Below are positions 49,751-58,566 of a stretch of 59,616 bases of DNA, one piece after another. The notes beneath the pieces were generated by a model. That model saw only the letters and a list, made by a program, of their open reading frames with translations, searched no databases and was not told where the DNA came from. Origin of the DNA: Candidatus Undinarchaeota archaeon (GTDB lineage: Archaea > Undinarchaeota > Undinarchaeia > Undinarchaeales > UBA543); NCBI GenBank assembly GCA_964567575.1, contig CAZMMZ010000006.1, positions 7,004 to 66,619 on the forward strand, written 5' to 3'. A program made the translations under genes and the position numbers. Numbering within the stretch: the stretch's first letter is position 1; each line of letters opens with the position of its first letter.

Positions 49751-49837
49751 GCCGAGGTGGCAGAATCCGGTAACGCGCTCGCCTTGAGAGCGAGTTCTCG
49801 TAAGGGAATGTAGGTTCAAATCCTGCCCTCGGCGCCA
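49751..49837 (+). tRNA. tRNA-Ser(TGA), CCA encoded
   Basis: GCCGAGG acceptor stem; CTCGC-CTTGAGA-GCGAG anticodon arm; long variable arm. Confidence 0.96.
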
Positions 49838-49890
49838 TTATCTTTTAAAAATCACATTAATACATAGAATAAACAAACATAAAAAAAAAA

Positions 49891-50418
49891 TTATTCTTCA
49901 ATCTTATCAAATTCATTCAGAATTACATTACTTGTATCTTTTGCAATTCCATCATGCTGGAATAACTGTGCCACAGTGTTACGGTATTCAAGTTCGATTT
50001 CCATTTCTTCAGGTGTTCTTTGTTCTTGCAAATTATGACGAAGATCTAAAAACGCACCTTCTTTCATTGCAAGATGTAAAAGATCTGTTATCATTTTTCC
50101 ACGATTCCCCATAGTTTTCCGACCAAGTCCGTTTTTTTCAAAACTTGTAATAATTTGTTCGGCTAATGAACGAACCTTTTCATCTTTAACTTTAGGAGAT
50201 TGTTCATTCTGATGAAGATGAGAACGATATTTCAAAATCGCAGAATTGAGATGAATCTTTGCACTTTCACTTGATTTGTTAACTAACCCTGCAATTTGCT
50301 CAGATTGCAAAGGATGATGTTTCCAATGATTATGACGTTTCACTGCTTCCTTATATTGACTAAGATAATATTTTAATTCTTTTTTCTTATTGTTCGATTT
50401 TAGAAACGAAAAGTCCAT
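49891..50418 (-). CDS. Hypothetical protein
   Basis: 175-aa ORF filling the gap; no recognisable motif. Confidence 0.65.
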   Translation of the reverse strand: MDFSFLKSNNKKKELKYYLSQYKEAVKRHNHWKHHPLQSEQIAGLVNKSSESAKIHLNSAILKYRSHLHQNEQSPKVKDEKVRSLAEQIITSFEKNGLGRKTMGNRGKMITDLLHLAMKEGAFLDLRHNLQEQRTPEEMEIELEYRNTVAQLFQHDGIAKDTSNVILNEFDKIEE

Positions 50419-50478
50419 TGATTCACTAAAAATGTAGGATGTTAAGGAATAAATAGTTTATTGTTGTTCTCAGTACTG

Positions 50479-51219
50479 ATGCATACGATAAAACTATCAA
50501 AAGAACATCTTACTCTGCCTTTAGCAGAATTAAAAGCAGTAATAGAAACTGCGTACCCAGATGAAAGTATAACAATTAAAATTCAGGATGAAGAAATACA
50601 ATTAAGTGGAATTAACAGTACAAATTTGCTTGAGCAAAGACTTGCATATGCAATGGAAATAAATGATAACGGATTAGAGCAAGGATTTGATTCGCGTTAT
50701 CCAAGAAACCGTCCCTTTTCTTATCCAACAACACTTGATCCAAAACTGGCGCGATGCATGGTGAATTTAGCAAGACCAAAACAAGATGATATTATTTTCG
50801 ATCCTTTTTGTGGAACTGGAGGAATTTTAATTGAAGCTGGATTAATGAGTTTTAAAACAATTGGAATTGATATTGATGAAAAAATGATTGAAGGTTGTAA
50901 ACAAAATTTAGAACATTACAATGTGCAGAATTTTGATATTTCACCTGGGGATTTTTTCAAAACAAAAAAGAAAGGAATTATTGTTACAGATCCCCCATAT
51001 GGTAAAAGCACTAGTTTATCAAACAAAAGTATTGAAGAATTTTACAATTTAATTTTAGAAAGATTGCAAAAAATTGCAACTGAAATAATTTGCATTGGTA
51101 GTCCAAGTACAATAAATCTTGCAGAAATGGCAAGCAACCAAGGTTTTAAAATACGTGAAGAACACATTGTTTATGTTAATAAAGATTTGAGTAAAAGAAT
51201 TTTGGTGCTTGAGAAATAA
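50479..51219 (+). CDS. tRNA m2G10 methyltransferase-like (Trm11/TrmG10 family)
   Basis: RPFSYPTTLDPKLARCMVNL, DPFCGTGG.LIEA and TDPPYG motifs. Confidence 0.88.
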   Translation: MHTIKLSKEHLTLPLAELKAVIETAYPDESITIKIQDEEIQLSGINSTNLLEQRLAYAMEINDNGLEQGFDSRYPRNRPFSYPTTLDPKLARCMVNLARPKQDDIIFDPFCGTGGILIEAGLMSFKTIGIDIDEKMIEGCKQNLEHYNVQNFDISPGDFFKTKKKGIIVTDPPYGKSTSLSNKSIEEFYNLILERLQKIATEIICIGSPSTINLAEMASNQGFKIREEHIVYVNKDLSKRILVLEK

Positions 51220-51255
51220 CTAACTTTTATAAACCATTACTACACAGTTTCACTT

Positions 51256-52155
51256 ATGATAGAACTAATCTTCTTGGGGACAACTGGAGGAATGCCTACA
51301 AAAGAAAGATCGCACCCAGCAATTGCTTTACGTTACGGAGGTGAAGTTTTACTTTTTGATTGTGGAGAAAATACACAACGACAATTCATGTACACTACTT
51401 TTTCGCCAATGAAGATTGACAAGATTTTCATAAGCCATTGGCATGCTGATCACTTTGCAGGACTTCCAGGACTTATTCAAAGCATGTCATTGCAAAGAAG
51501 AAAACGAGACTTACATATTTACGGTCCAAAAGAAACAAAGAAATTTGTAAAGAAAATAATGGAAACCGGTCATTTCAAATCAAACTTTGATGTTATTGCA
51601 CATGATGTAACAAGCAAATCAATGGTATGCGCTGAAAGGAAATACACTGTTTATGCCCTTCCAACAAGCCATTCTATACAAACTCTTGCTTTCAAATTTG
51701 AAGAAATGCCAAAACCAGGAAAATTTGATGTGAAAAAAGCAAAGAAACTTGGAGTGCAAGAAAAAGATTTTTCAAAATTACAAAAAGGAAAAACATTGAA
51801 AATAGGAAAAATCAAAGTAAAACAGAAACAAGTCATTGGTCCAGAACGTCCAGGAAAAGCAATTGTTTTCAGTGGTGATACTGGATACAGCAAATCTTTA
51901 ATTGAGTTTTCAGGAAAAGTAGATTTACTTATTCATGAAGCAACTTATGGTGATGAAATGAGAGAATGGGCAAAAAAAGTTAAGCATTGTACAAATGTAC
52001 AAGCTGCTGAAGTTGCAAAAAAAGCAAAAGTAAAACAACTTGTATTAAATCATATTAGTCCACGATATAAAGAAACATCAAACTTAGAGAAACAAGCGAA
52101 AAAAGTTTTTAAAAATACAAAAATTGCTATTGACTTCCTTGAAGTGAAAATATAA
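51256..52155 (+). CDS. rnz: Ribonuclease Z
   Basis: FLGT.G..P, DCGE.TQ, SHWHADH, SGDT and HEATY motifs. Confidence 0.96.
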   Translation: MIELIFLGTTGGMPTKERSHPAIALRYGGEVLLFDCGENTQRQFMYTTFSPMKIDKIFISHWHADHFAGLPGLIQSMSLQRRKRDLHIYGPKETKKFVKKIMETGHFKSNFDVIAHDVTSKSMVCAERKYTVYALPTSHSIQTLAFKFEEMPKPGKFDVKKAKKLGVQEKDFSKLQKGKTLKIGKIKVKQKQVIGPERPGKAIVFSGDTGYSKSLIEFSGKVDLLIHEATYGDEMREWAKKVKHCTNVQAAEVAKKAKVKQLVLNHISPRYKETSNLEKQAKKVFKNTKIAIDFLEVKI

Positions 52156-53066
52156 TGATTCCGCAAAACCTACGCGATCTTCTTGAAAAACAACAGTATA
52201 GAATTGTTGGCAATCACAGTGCTGTTAAAATTTGTCATTGGACAAAAGAATCACTTCGTGAAAAAGGATTTTGTTACAAACAAAAATTTTATGGGATTCA
52301 AACGCATCGATGCTTGCAAATGACCCCAACTGTTGCTTGGTGTAATCAATCTTGTGTTTATTGCTGGAGACCAATTGAAAAAACAATTGGTGTTAATATG
52401 GATAATGTTGAACTTGATGAACCTGCAGATATTATTGACGGTTGCATTGAAGCACAGAGAGCATTGTTAATGGGTTTCAAAGGCCGTGAAGGGATTAATA
52501 TGAAATTATTTGAAGAAGCTATGGAACCAACTCAAGCTGCAATTTCCCTTTCTGGTGAACCTGCTTTATATCCAAAACTTCCTGGCTTAATTGAGGAGTT
52601 TCACAAGAGAAATTTCACAACATTCTTAGTTACTAATGGAACTGTACCTGAAATGCTTGAAAAAATACCAGAACCAACTAATCTTTACATTTCAATAGAC
52701 TCTCCAGTGAAAGCAGATTACCTAAAAATTGATAGACCAATGATAAAAGGGACTTGGGAAGATTTGAATAAGAGTTTGAGTCTACTTCAGAGTTTCAGAT
52801 GCAATACTGTTGCTAGAGTTACCCTGATGCGAGACACAATGAAGAACCCAATTGAAATGGGAAAATTCCTTGAAAAGTACAAACCAACTTTCATAGAATG
52901 CAAAGCATACATGCATGTGGGCTGTTCAAAGAATAGAGTAAAACGCGAGCAAATGCCTGAACATAATGAAATAATGGTATATGCCACGGAAATAGAAAAC
53001 AATACAGAATATACACTAAAAGATTCAAAACAGGAATCAAGAGTAGCACTTTTGTCATTAAAATAA
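52155..53066 (+). CDS. tyw1: 4-demethylwyosine synthase TYW1/Taw1 (radical SAM)
   Basis: HSAVKICHW, CYK..FYGI..HRC, CNQSCVYCWR and ISLSGEP motifs. Confidence 0.96.
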   Translation: MIPQNLRDLLEKQQYRIVGNHSAVKICHWTKESLREKGFCYKQKFYGIQTHRCLQMTPTVAWCNQSCVYCWRPIEKTIGVNMDNVELDEPADIIDGCIEAQRALLMGFKGREGINMKLFEEAMEPTQAAISLSGEPALYPKLPGLIEEFHKRNFTTFLVTNGTVPEMLEKIPEPTNLYISIDSPVKADYLKIDRPMIKGTWEDLNKSLSLLQSFRCNTVARVTLMRDTMKNPIEMGKFLEKYKPTFIECKAYMHVGCSKNRVKREQMPEHNEIMVYATEIENNTEYTLKDSKQESRVALLSLK

Positions 53067-53069
53067 ACC

Positions 53070-53155
53070 TGTATTGTCGTAATATTGCAAATTTATTGAA
53101 AATAACAAGTTATTTAAAAGGTTCTTGACAAGATTTTTTGTCTCACGACAATACA
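53070..53155. promoter_or_regulatory. 11-bp perfect inverted repeat flanking a 64-bp AT-rich core that contains a TATA-like element
   Basis: TGTATTGTCGT at 53070-53080 and ACGACAATACA at 53145-53155. Confidence 0.6.
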
Positions 53156-53171
53156 AAAAGGTGAATTAGAT

Positions 53172-54326
53172 ATGCAAGAAAACCCTTTCGCGGACACTGT
53201 TCCGACTCACTTTGCAATAGCAGCAACAGTTTATACAAATCCGTTGCAACAATTGCAAAAAGAAACCAAAACCAAGCGTTCAAAATTAATGTTCGCAGTT
53301 GGTGATTATGGTAACGGAAAGTCTCACGCATTAGAACGATTGAAAAATGATATTAATATTGCAGAATCTACAAAACTCGCAATTTATTCTTCAGCTTTTG
53401 CAACAAAAACTTTACGTGGTGTTTATGAACAAATAGCCTCAGAGTTAATGTCGGGAAAATATGACAAGCTTGATAATTCTTCAGACAACCGAACTGCAAT
53501 GGAAACAAAAGGAATTCCAGAAAAGATTGTCAATTTATTTTATAGAGATAATTTATTCCGAAGCAAAGAAGACGTTAGACCAGATTTGCAATTTGGAAAA
53601 ATAGTTTCATCCTCAGTTGATGTTATTAATTTCATTTGCGCGCTTTCGGTTTTAGTAGATCAATTCATTCTAATGATTGATGATATTGAAGAAGCTGCAA
53701 CACTAGATAGAAACGAGCGAAAAGTTTTCTTTGGTTATTTACGAGGACTTTATGATCAAGCAGTTCGTGGCGATCACAACATTCTTGTTTTACTTACATT
53801 CACACCAAATAAATTAAAACTCTTACAAGCAGATAGATTGGATTTCTATGAACGTATGGATATAGAAATCGATTTTAAAAAACCAACAATAAAAGAAATT
53901 ATAGACATTGTTGAAAAAAGACTTGAAATCAGTGGACTTGAAAAATATAAATTTACAGACAAAGTTTTGAAAGAAACATATGAAAATACCAATAGCATCC
54001 GCGACATGTTCAATAACCTTCGAAAAGCACTTGATATTGCAGAAGCAAAAGGAGAAAAGAAAATAAACGAAATTGAAATTAAAAAACAAAAAGTAACAAG
54101 ACCATTAGAAATAAGAGGATCAAAACCAGCAGACGACGCCATATTAGCAGTATTGAAAAAACAAGAAGGGCTTCTTGCTGGAGATATTGTAAAAAGTACA
54201 GGTAAAAGCAATCCATGGATAAGACACAGGCTTGCTGATCTTGTTAAAGAAGGAATAATTACAAAACAACAAATCGCACGAAATAAACCAGCTAGATATT
54301 ATTTAGCAAAAGAGAAAAAAGAATGA
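53172..54326 (+). CDS. AAA+ ATPase (DUF2791/BrxD- or ORC/Cdc6-like) with C-terminal winged HTH
   Basis: Walker A GDYGNGKS, Walker B LMIDDIEE, YLRGLYD and TP motifs; C-terminal GLLAGDIVKSTGKSNPWIRHRLADLVKEGII. Confidence 0.75.
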   Translation: MQENPFADTVPTHFAIAATVYTNPLQQLQKETKTKRSKLMFAVGDYGNGKSHALERLKNDINIAESTKLAIYSSAFATKTLRGVYEQIASELMSGKYDKLDNSSDNRTAMETKGIPEKIVNLFYRDNLFRSKEDVRPDLQFGKIVSSSVDVINFICALSVLVDQFILMIDDIEEAATLDRNERKVFFGYLRGLYDQAVRGDHNILVLLTFTPNKLKLLQADRLDFYERMDIEIDFKKPTIKEIIDIVEKRLEISGLEKYKFTDKVLKETYENTNSIRDMFNNLRKALDIAEAKGEKKINEIEIKKQKVTRPLEIRGSKPADDAILAVLKKQEGLLAGDIVKSTGKSNPWIRHRLADLVKEGIITKQQIARNKPARYYLAKEKKE

Positions 54327-54991
54327 GAGAGATACTAAGTATTGACGGAAAACCACTGGACAATGAAAGGTTCTGTAAACTGGTTGAGGAACTAACAAAA
54401 AAGAAATACAGACCAATTATTGATCCCCGAAATTTTGACAATCCAGTAACAATTAACGCACGATTTAAAACAAAAGAAACAAAAATAAGATTTCTTGAAA
54501 TATCCCCAAAATTAGATGTTATTATAGAACATACTGGAAATAAAGTAGATGGGAAAAAACTAGTTAGTGAAATCAGAACCCATGTTCAAGAAAGTTTGCC
54601 AAGAGAAGTTGTTCAACCAAAAGACTTTGAACTTGCAACCTTGCAAATGATTTCAAGAAAAGAACCAGTCATAATTCCAAAAAATACTGCAGAAAGAAAA
54701 ATGTTTATGAGTTTAGTTGAAAAGAATATTTTCACAATAGCACATATGATTGAATGTCCAGACTGTAACAGCTCATTCATGTTTCCAAAAGAAAGCTTTA
54801 ATTTAGGTGGAAATGTTTTCTGTAAAGACTGTGAAAAATGGTTTGAAATAAAACGGGCAAAAGAAGCTTTTGTAATGCAAGAAGATTACATGAAAGCAAT
54901 GAATGGTATGTGGGGCAAAATGCAAAAAATGATTAAGGCAAGCTGGAGAGAAGTTGTAAAGAAAGGCGTGCCAATGATTCCAAAGGTTTGA
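54323..54991 (+). CDS. Hypothetical Zn-ribbon protein
   Basis: CPDC...CKDC; 4-bp overlap with the ATPase gene. Confidence 0.7.
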   Translation: MREILSIDGKPLDNERFCKLVEELTKKKYRPIIDPRNFDNPVTINARFKTKETKIRFLEISPKLDVIIEHTGNKVDGKKLVSEIRTHVQESLPREVVQPKDFELATLQMISRKEPVIIPKNTAERKMFMSLVEKNIFTIAHMIECPDCNSSFMFPKESFNLGGNVFCKDCEKWFEIKRAKEAFVMQEDYMKAMNGMWGKMQKMIKASWREVVKKGVPMIPKV

Positions 54992-54996
54992 GGAGA

Positions 54997-55572
54997 ATGG
55001 TTCAACAACAAAAACAAATATTGAGAGAACAGGTAATTGCAAAGCGCAATTCACTTGATTTAGATGATATTATGGAAAAAAGCGCTATTATTAAAGAAAA
55101 ACTTTTTGCATTAAAAGAATTTCAGGACGCAGAAACAATTATGTTTTATTCATCTTTCAAATCAGAAGTAAGAACCATGGAAATGGTTGAAGAAGCATTA
55201 GCACTTGGGAAAAAGATTGTTATGCCAATAACTTTGTTTAAGGAAAATAAATTAAAACTTGTTAAGATCACAAGTTCAGCTGGATTAAAACAGAATAAAG
55301 CAGGAATACCTGAACCAATATCAGAAAACAATGAAGAAGTGAATCCATCTCAACTTGATTTAATCGTTGCACCAGGAACTGCGTTTACTGAAGATTGCAA
55401 ACGTCTTGGACAAGGATGGGGATTTTTTGATACATTATTTTCACAAACAACTGCAAACCGACTTGGTTTAGCTTTTGAGATCCAAATGGTTGAAGATATA
55501 CCAATGGAAGAACATGATCAACAATTAGACATTATTGTTTCGGAAAACGATATTTTTAGAAAAAACATTTGA
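54997..55572 (+). CDS. 5-formyltetrahydrofolate cyclo-ligase
   Basis: FYSSF.SEV.T, EP and DLIVAPG.AF...C.RLGQG.GFFD motifs. Confidence 0.93.
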   Translation: MVQQQKQILREQVIAKRNSLDLDDIMEKSAIIKEKLFALKEFQDAETIMFYSSFKSEVRTMEMVEEALALGKKIVMPITLFKENKLKLVKITSSAGLKQNKAGIPEPISENNEEVNPSQLDLIVAPGTAFTEDCKRLGQGWGFFDTLFSQTTANRLGLAFEIQMVEDIPMEEHDQQLDIIVSENDIFRKNI

Positions 55573-55629
55573 TGAAGAAGAGTTTATCACTAATTATTTA
55601 AATCGATTAGCGAAAGCTGATTTAGTAAA

Positions 55630-56925
55630 ATGGAAAATCTAATACGAGAATCATTACAAAACTCAGATTCAGAAATTGATAAACTAGTACAAGCTGAGGC
55701 AGAGCGTCAGCAATTTGGACTGGAGCTTATACCATCTGAGAACTTTTCAAGTCAAGCTGTACGAGAAGCAATGGCTTCACCAATGAATGACAAGTATGCA
55801 GAAGGTTATCCACAAAAGAGATATTATGGCGGTTGTGAAATTGTTGATAGTGTTGAAGAACTTGCAATAAAACGCGCGAAAAAACTTTTTGGCTGTGAGC
55901 ATGTTAATGTTCAACCTTATTCAGGAAGCCCAGCAAATGCTGCTGTTTATTTAGGATTACTAGAACCAAATGATACAATAATGGGACTCTCACTTTCACA
56001 TGGTGGGCATTTAACGCATGGTCACAAAGTTAGTTTTTCAGGTAAATTTTTCAAACCAGCACAATATACACTAAATAAAAAAACTGGAAGATTTGATTAT
56101 GATGAAATAAGAAAACTTGCAAAAGAACATAAACCAAAAATTATTGTTTCAGGAGCTACTGCTTATCCAAGAGAAATTGATTTTAAACAATTCCATGAAA
56201 TTGCAGAAGAAGTTAATGCATATTCAATGGCAGATATTGCACATATTGCAGGACTAATTATAGGAGGCGTGCATCAAAGACCGTTCCCAATGACAGATGT
56301 TGTTACAACTACTACGCACAAAACACTAAGAGGACCACGCGGTGGAATGATAATGTGCAAAGAGGAAGATCGTCTTAAAGAAAAATATCACGCTGAAGAT
56401 AAATGGAATCTTGCACAAAGAATTGATCGTGCAATTTTCCCAGGATTACAAGGTGGCCCACACGAACATCAAATTGCAGCGAAGGCAGTTGCTTTTGGAG
56501 AAGCATTACAACCAGAATTTAAGAAATACGCAGCACAAGTGGTAAAGAATGCTAAAGTCATGTCTGAAGTTTTACTTGACAAAGATTTTAATCTTGTAAC
56601 AGGTGGAACAGATAATCACCTTATGTTAATTGATTTAACAAACAAAAATTTAACTGGAGCAGAAGCAGAAACTGCACTTGATAAAGCAGGAATTACAGTT
56701 AATAAAAACGCAGTACCTTATGATCCACGTTCTCCATTTGATCCATCAGGAATTAGATTAGGAACACCAGCAATTACAACACGCGGTTTGAAAGAAAGTG
56801 AATGCAAACATGTTGCTGAATTAATTAGTAATGTTATTGATAATTTCAAAGATGAAGAGAAATTAAAAGAGATACGAGGAGAAGTTAAAGAACTTTGCGA
56901 GAAGTTTCTGTTGTATAATTTATAG
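55630..56925 (+). CDS. glyA: Serine hydroxymethyltransferase, bacterial-like THF type
   Basis: LIPSENF, KYAEGYP..RYYGG, HVNVQP.SG and [13 protein letters not shown] motifs. Confidence 0.97.
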   Translation: MENLIRESLQNSDSEIDKLVQAEAERQQFGLELIPSENFSSQAVREAMASPMNDKYAEGYPQKRYYGGCEIVDSVEELAIKRAKKLFGCEHVNVQPYSGSPANAAVYLGLLEPNDTIMGLSLSHGGHLTHGHKVSFSGKFFKPAQYTLNKKTGRFDYDEIRKLAKEHKPKIIVSGATAYPREIDFKQFHEIAEEVNAYSMADIAHIAGLIIGGVHQRPFPMTDVVTTTTHKTLRGPRGGMIMCKEEDRLKEKYHAEDKWNLAQRIDRAIFPGLQGGPHEHQIAAKAVAFGEALQPEFKKYAAQVVKNAKVMSEVLLDKDFNLVTGGTDNHLMLIDLTNKNLTGAEAETALDKAGITVNKNAVPYDPRSPFDPSGIRLGTPAITTRGLKESECKHVAELISNVIDNFKDEEKLKEIRGEVKELCEKFLLYNL

Positions 56926-57399
56926 TTCAGTAGATTTTCTCTTATACTCTACAAATTCAAACTCTTCATGATCCTCTCTCTTAACTTCTTCCCACTCTAA
57001 TTCACTGAATTCAGGGAAATAAACATCCCCTTCATATTCTTTCTTAACATAGGACAAATACATTTTATCAGCAAACGGAAGGCACTGTTTGTAAATACTT
57101 GCACCACCACCAATGAAAATCTCTTCGCCAAATTCTCGTGCTTTGTCCAATGCTTCAGGAATAGAAGTACACACTGTAACACCTGGAATATCCAGCTTTT
57201 GAAAACTTAGTACAATATTATTTCTGTCAGGAAAAGGTTTACTCCCAATTGATTCAAAAGTTTTCAAACCCATAATAACTGAATTGCCTTGTGTAAGTCT
57301 TTTAAAATTTTGCAAATCTTCAGAAATGTGCCACAACAACTTATTATCCTTACCAAGCACGCGGTTTTTCGTGAGTGCTGCGATTATTATCACACTCAT
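56920..57399 (-). CDS. folA: Dihydrofolate reductase
   Basis: IIAA....VLG.DN.L.W, EDL..FK..T, MG..TFESIG..P..DR.N and GGASIY motifs. Confidence 0.96.
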   Translation of the reverse strand: MSVIIIAALTKNRVLGKDNKLLWHISEDLQNFKRLTQGNSVIMGLKTFESIGSKPFPDRNNIVLSFQKLDIPGVTVCTSIPEALDKAREFGEEIFIGGGASIYKQCLPFADKMYLSYVKKEYEGDVYFPEFSELEWEEVKREDHEEFEFVEYKRKSTEL

Positions 57400-58259
57400 A
57401 CAGCTACCTCGAATTTAATATTAGGATAAGGATCGTAATTCTCCAAAGTAATATCCTCAAAACAATATTTATTGAAAGGCTTGTCTGCAATTTTTAATTG
57501 CGGAAGTGGTTTTGGCTCACGCGTGAGCTGTTCTTTCAAACCTTCAATATGATTTTCATAAATATGTGCATCAACCAAAGTGTGTGCAAATTCTCCAACT
57601 TCAAAATCAGTTTCTTTAGCAATCAACATTGTAAGAAGCGAATAGCAAGCAAGATTGAATGGAACTCCAAGTGCAATATCACAGGAACGCTGAGTCAAAT
57701 GACAGTTCAACTTGTTATTAATTATAGAAAAAACATAGGTGTAATGACATGGAGGAAGCCGACTCTCTGCAGCATTAGCAGGGTGCCATGCTGAAACAAC
57801 CATGCGTCGCCGATTACTAGACATTGGATTTTGTTTTAATTCATTAAGAGTATCAATAACATATTGGATTTGATCAAAAACTTTTTGACCATTAGAAGGA
57901 TCAGTATGTACCCATTTTGTACCCCACTTCTCACCTTCAACACTTTTCTCAGGAACAGGATAGCGCCTCCAAAACCGACTGTAGGCGGTGTCAAGTCTTC
58001 CTTCTTCATCTGCCCAAGCATCCCAAATCTTTGTGTGCTTTCGCAAATTCCGAATGTGCTCCTCACCACTCAAATACCAAAAAAGCTCACGAAGCATTGA
58101 ATTAAAAAACATTTTTTTTGTAGTTAGTAACGGATATCCTTTTGCCAAATCAACTTTGTAAAAGTATCCAAAACAACTGAGAGTGTCCACTCCAGTTCTG
58201 TTTTTAGTTCTTGTGCCATTTTCAAGCACATATTTTACCATGTCAAGATATTCTTTCAT
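57396..58259 (-). CDS. thyA: Thymidylate synthase ThyA
   Basis: NRTGVDT, ELFWYLSG, LPPCH and QRSCD..LGVPFN motifs. Confidence 0.97.
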   Translation of the reverse strand: MKEYLDMVKYVLENGTRTKNRTGVDTLSCFGYFYKVDLAKGYPLLTTKKMFFNSMLRELFWYLSGEEHIRNLRKHTKIWDAWADEEGRLDTAYSRFWRRYPVPEKSVEGEKWGTKWVHTDPSNGQKVFDQIQYVIDTLNELKQNPMSSNRRRMVVSAWHPANAAESRLPPCHYTYVFSIINNKLNCHLTQRSCDIALGVPFNLACYSLLTMLIAKETDFEVGEFAHTLVDAHIYENHIEGLKEQLTREPKPLPQLKIADKPFNKYCFEDITLENYDPYPNIKFEVAV

Positions 58260-58462
58260 TAATTTCCACCATTATCTGCTATGAATTTTTCAAAAGACCT
58301 GTTATATGTTGCCTCAGCTTCTGTTGAAAAACAGCAAGCAGGAAGCTCTTTTCTGTCAAGATGAAACTTCAAACATTCACAACATTTACCTTTCCGAGAA
58401 CAACCAGAATAAGTACAATTACAATTTTGTAGATTAGTTTCTGTGTTCAAACATTGCGTCAT
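58259..58462 (-). CDS. Small Cys-rich protein, DUF6485-like
   Basis: N..NCNC.Y.GC.RKGKCCEC..FH....ELPACCF pattern. Confidence 0.75.
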   Translation of the reverse strand: MTQCLNTETNLQNCNCTYSGCSRKGKCCECLKFHLDRKELPACCFSTEAEATYNRSFEKFIADNGGN

Positions 58463-58566
58463 TAAATCTCCCCTGCGTTCAACTAAGAACCACTTCTTTA
58501 TAAATTTTTAGTCACTTGAGACACAAAATTACTTTTATAAAGCCCGAATACATATCATTACCACGA

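Noticed and set aside
25508-49837. Leaderless tRNAs as in Nanoarchaeum equitans
   Set aside because: TATA-to-tRNA distances vary (about 25-44 nt), two pairs are polycistronic and tRNA-Tyr starts with C, so leaders must exist.
50431-50438. AATGTAGG match to tRNA-Ser(TGA) as an attR site
   Set aside because: Only 8 nt, not the tRNA 3' end, and no integrase is present.
53172-54326. Calling the ATPase canonical Orc1/Cdc6 or part of a BREX system
   Set aside because: The Walker motifs differ from Orc1/Cdc6, there are no canonical ORB boxes, and no other brx/pgl genes are in the window.
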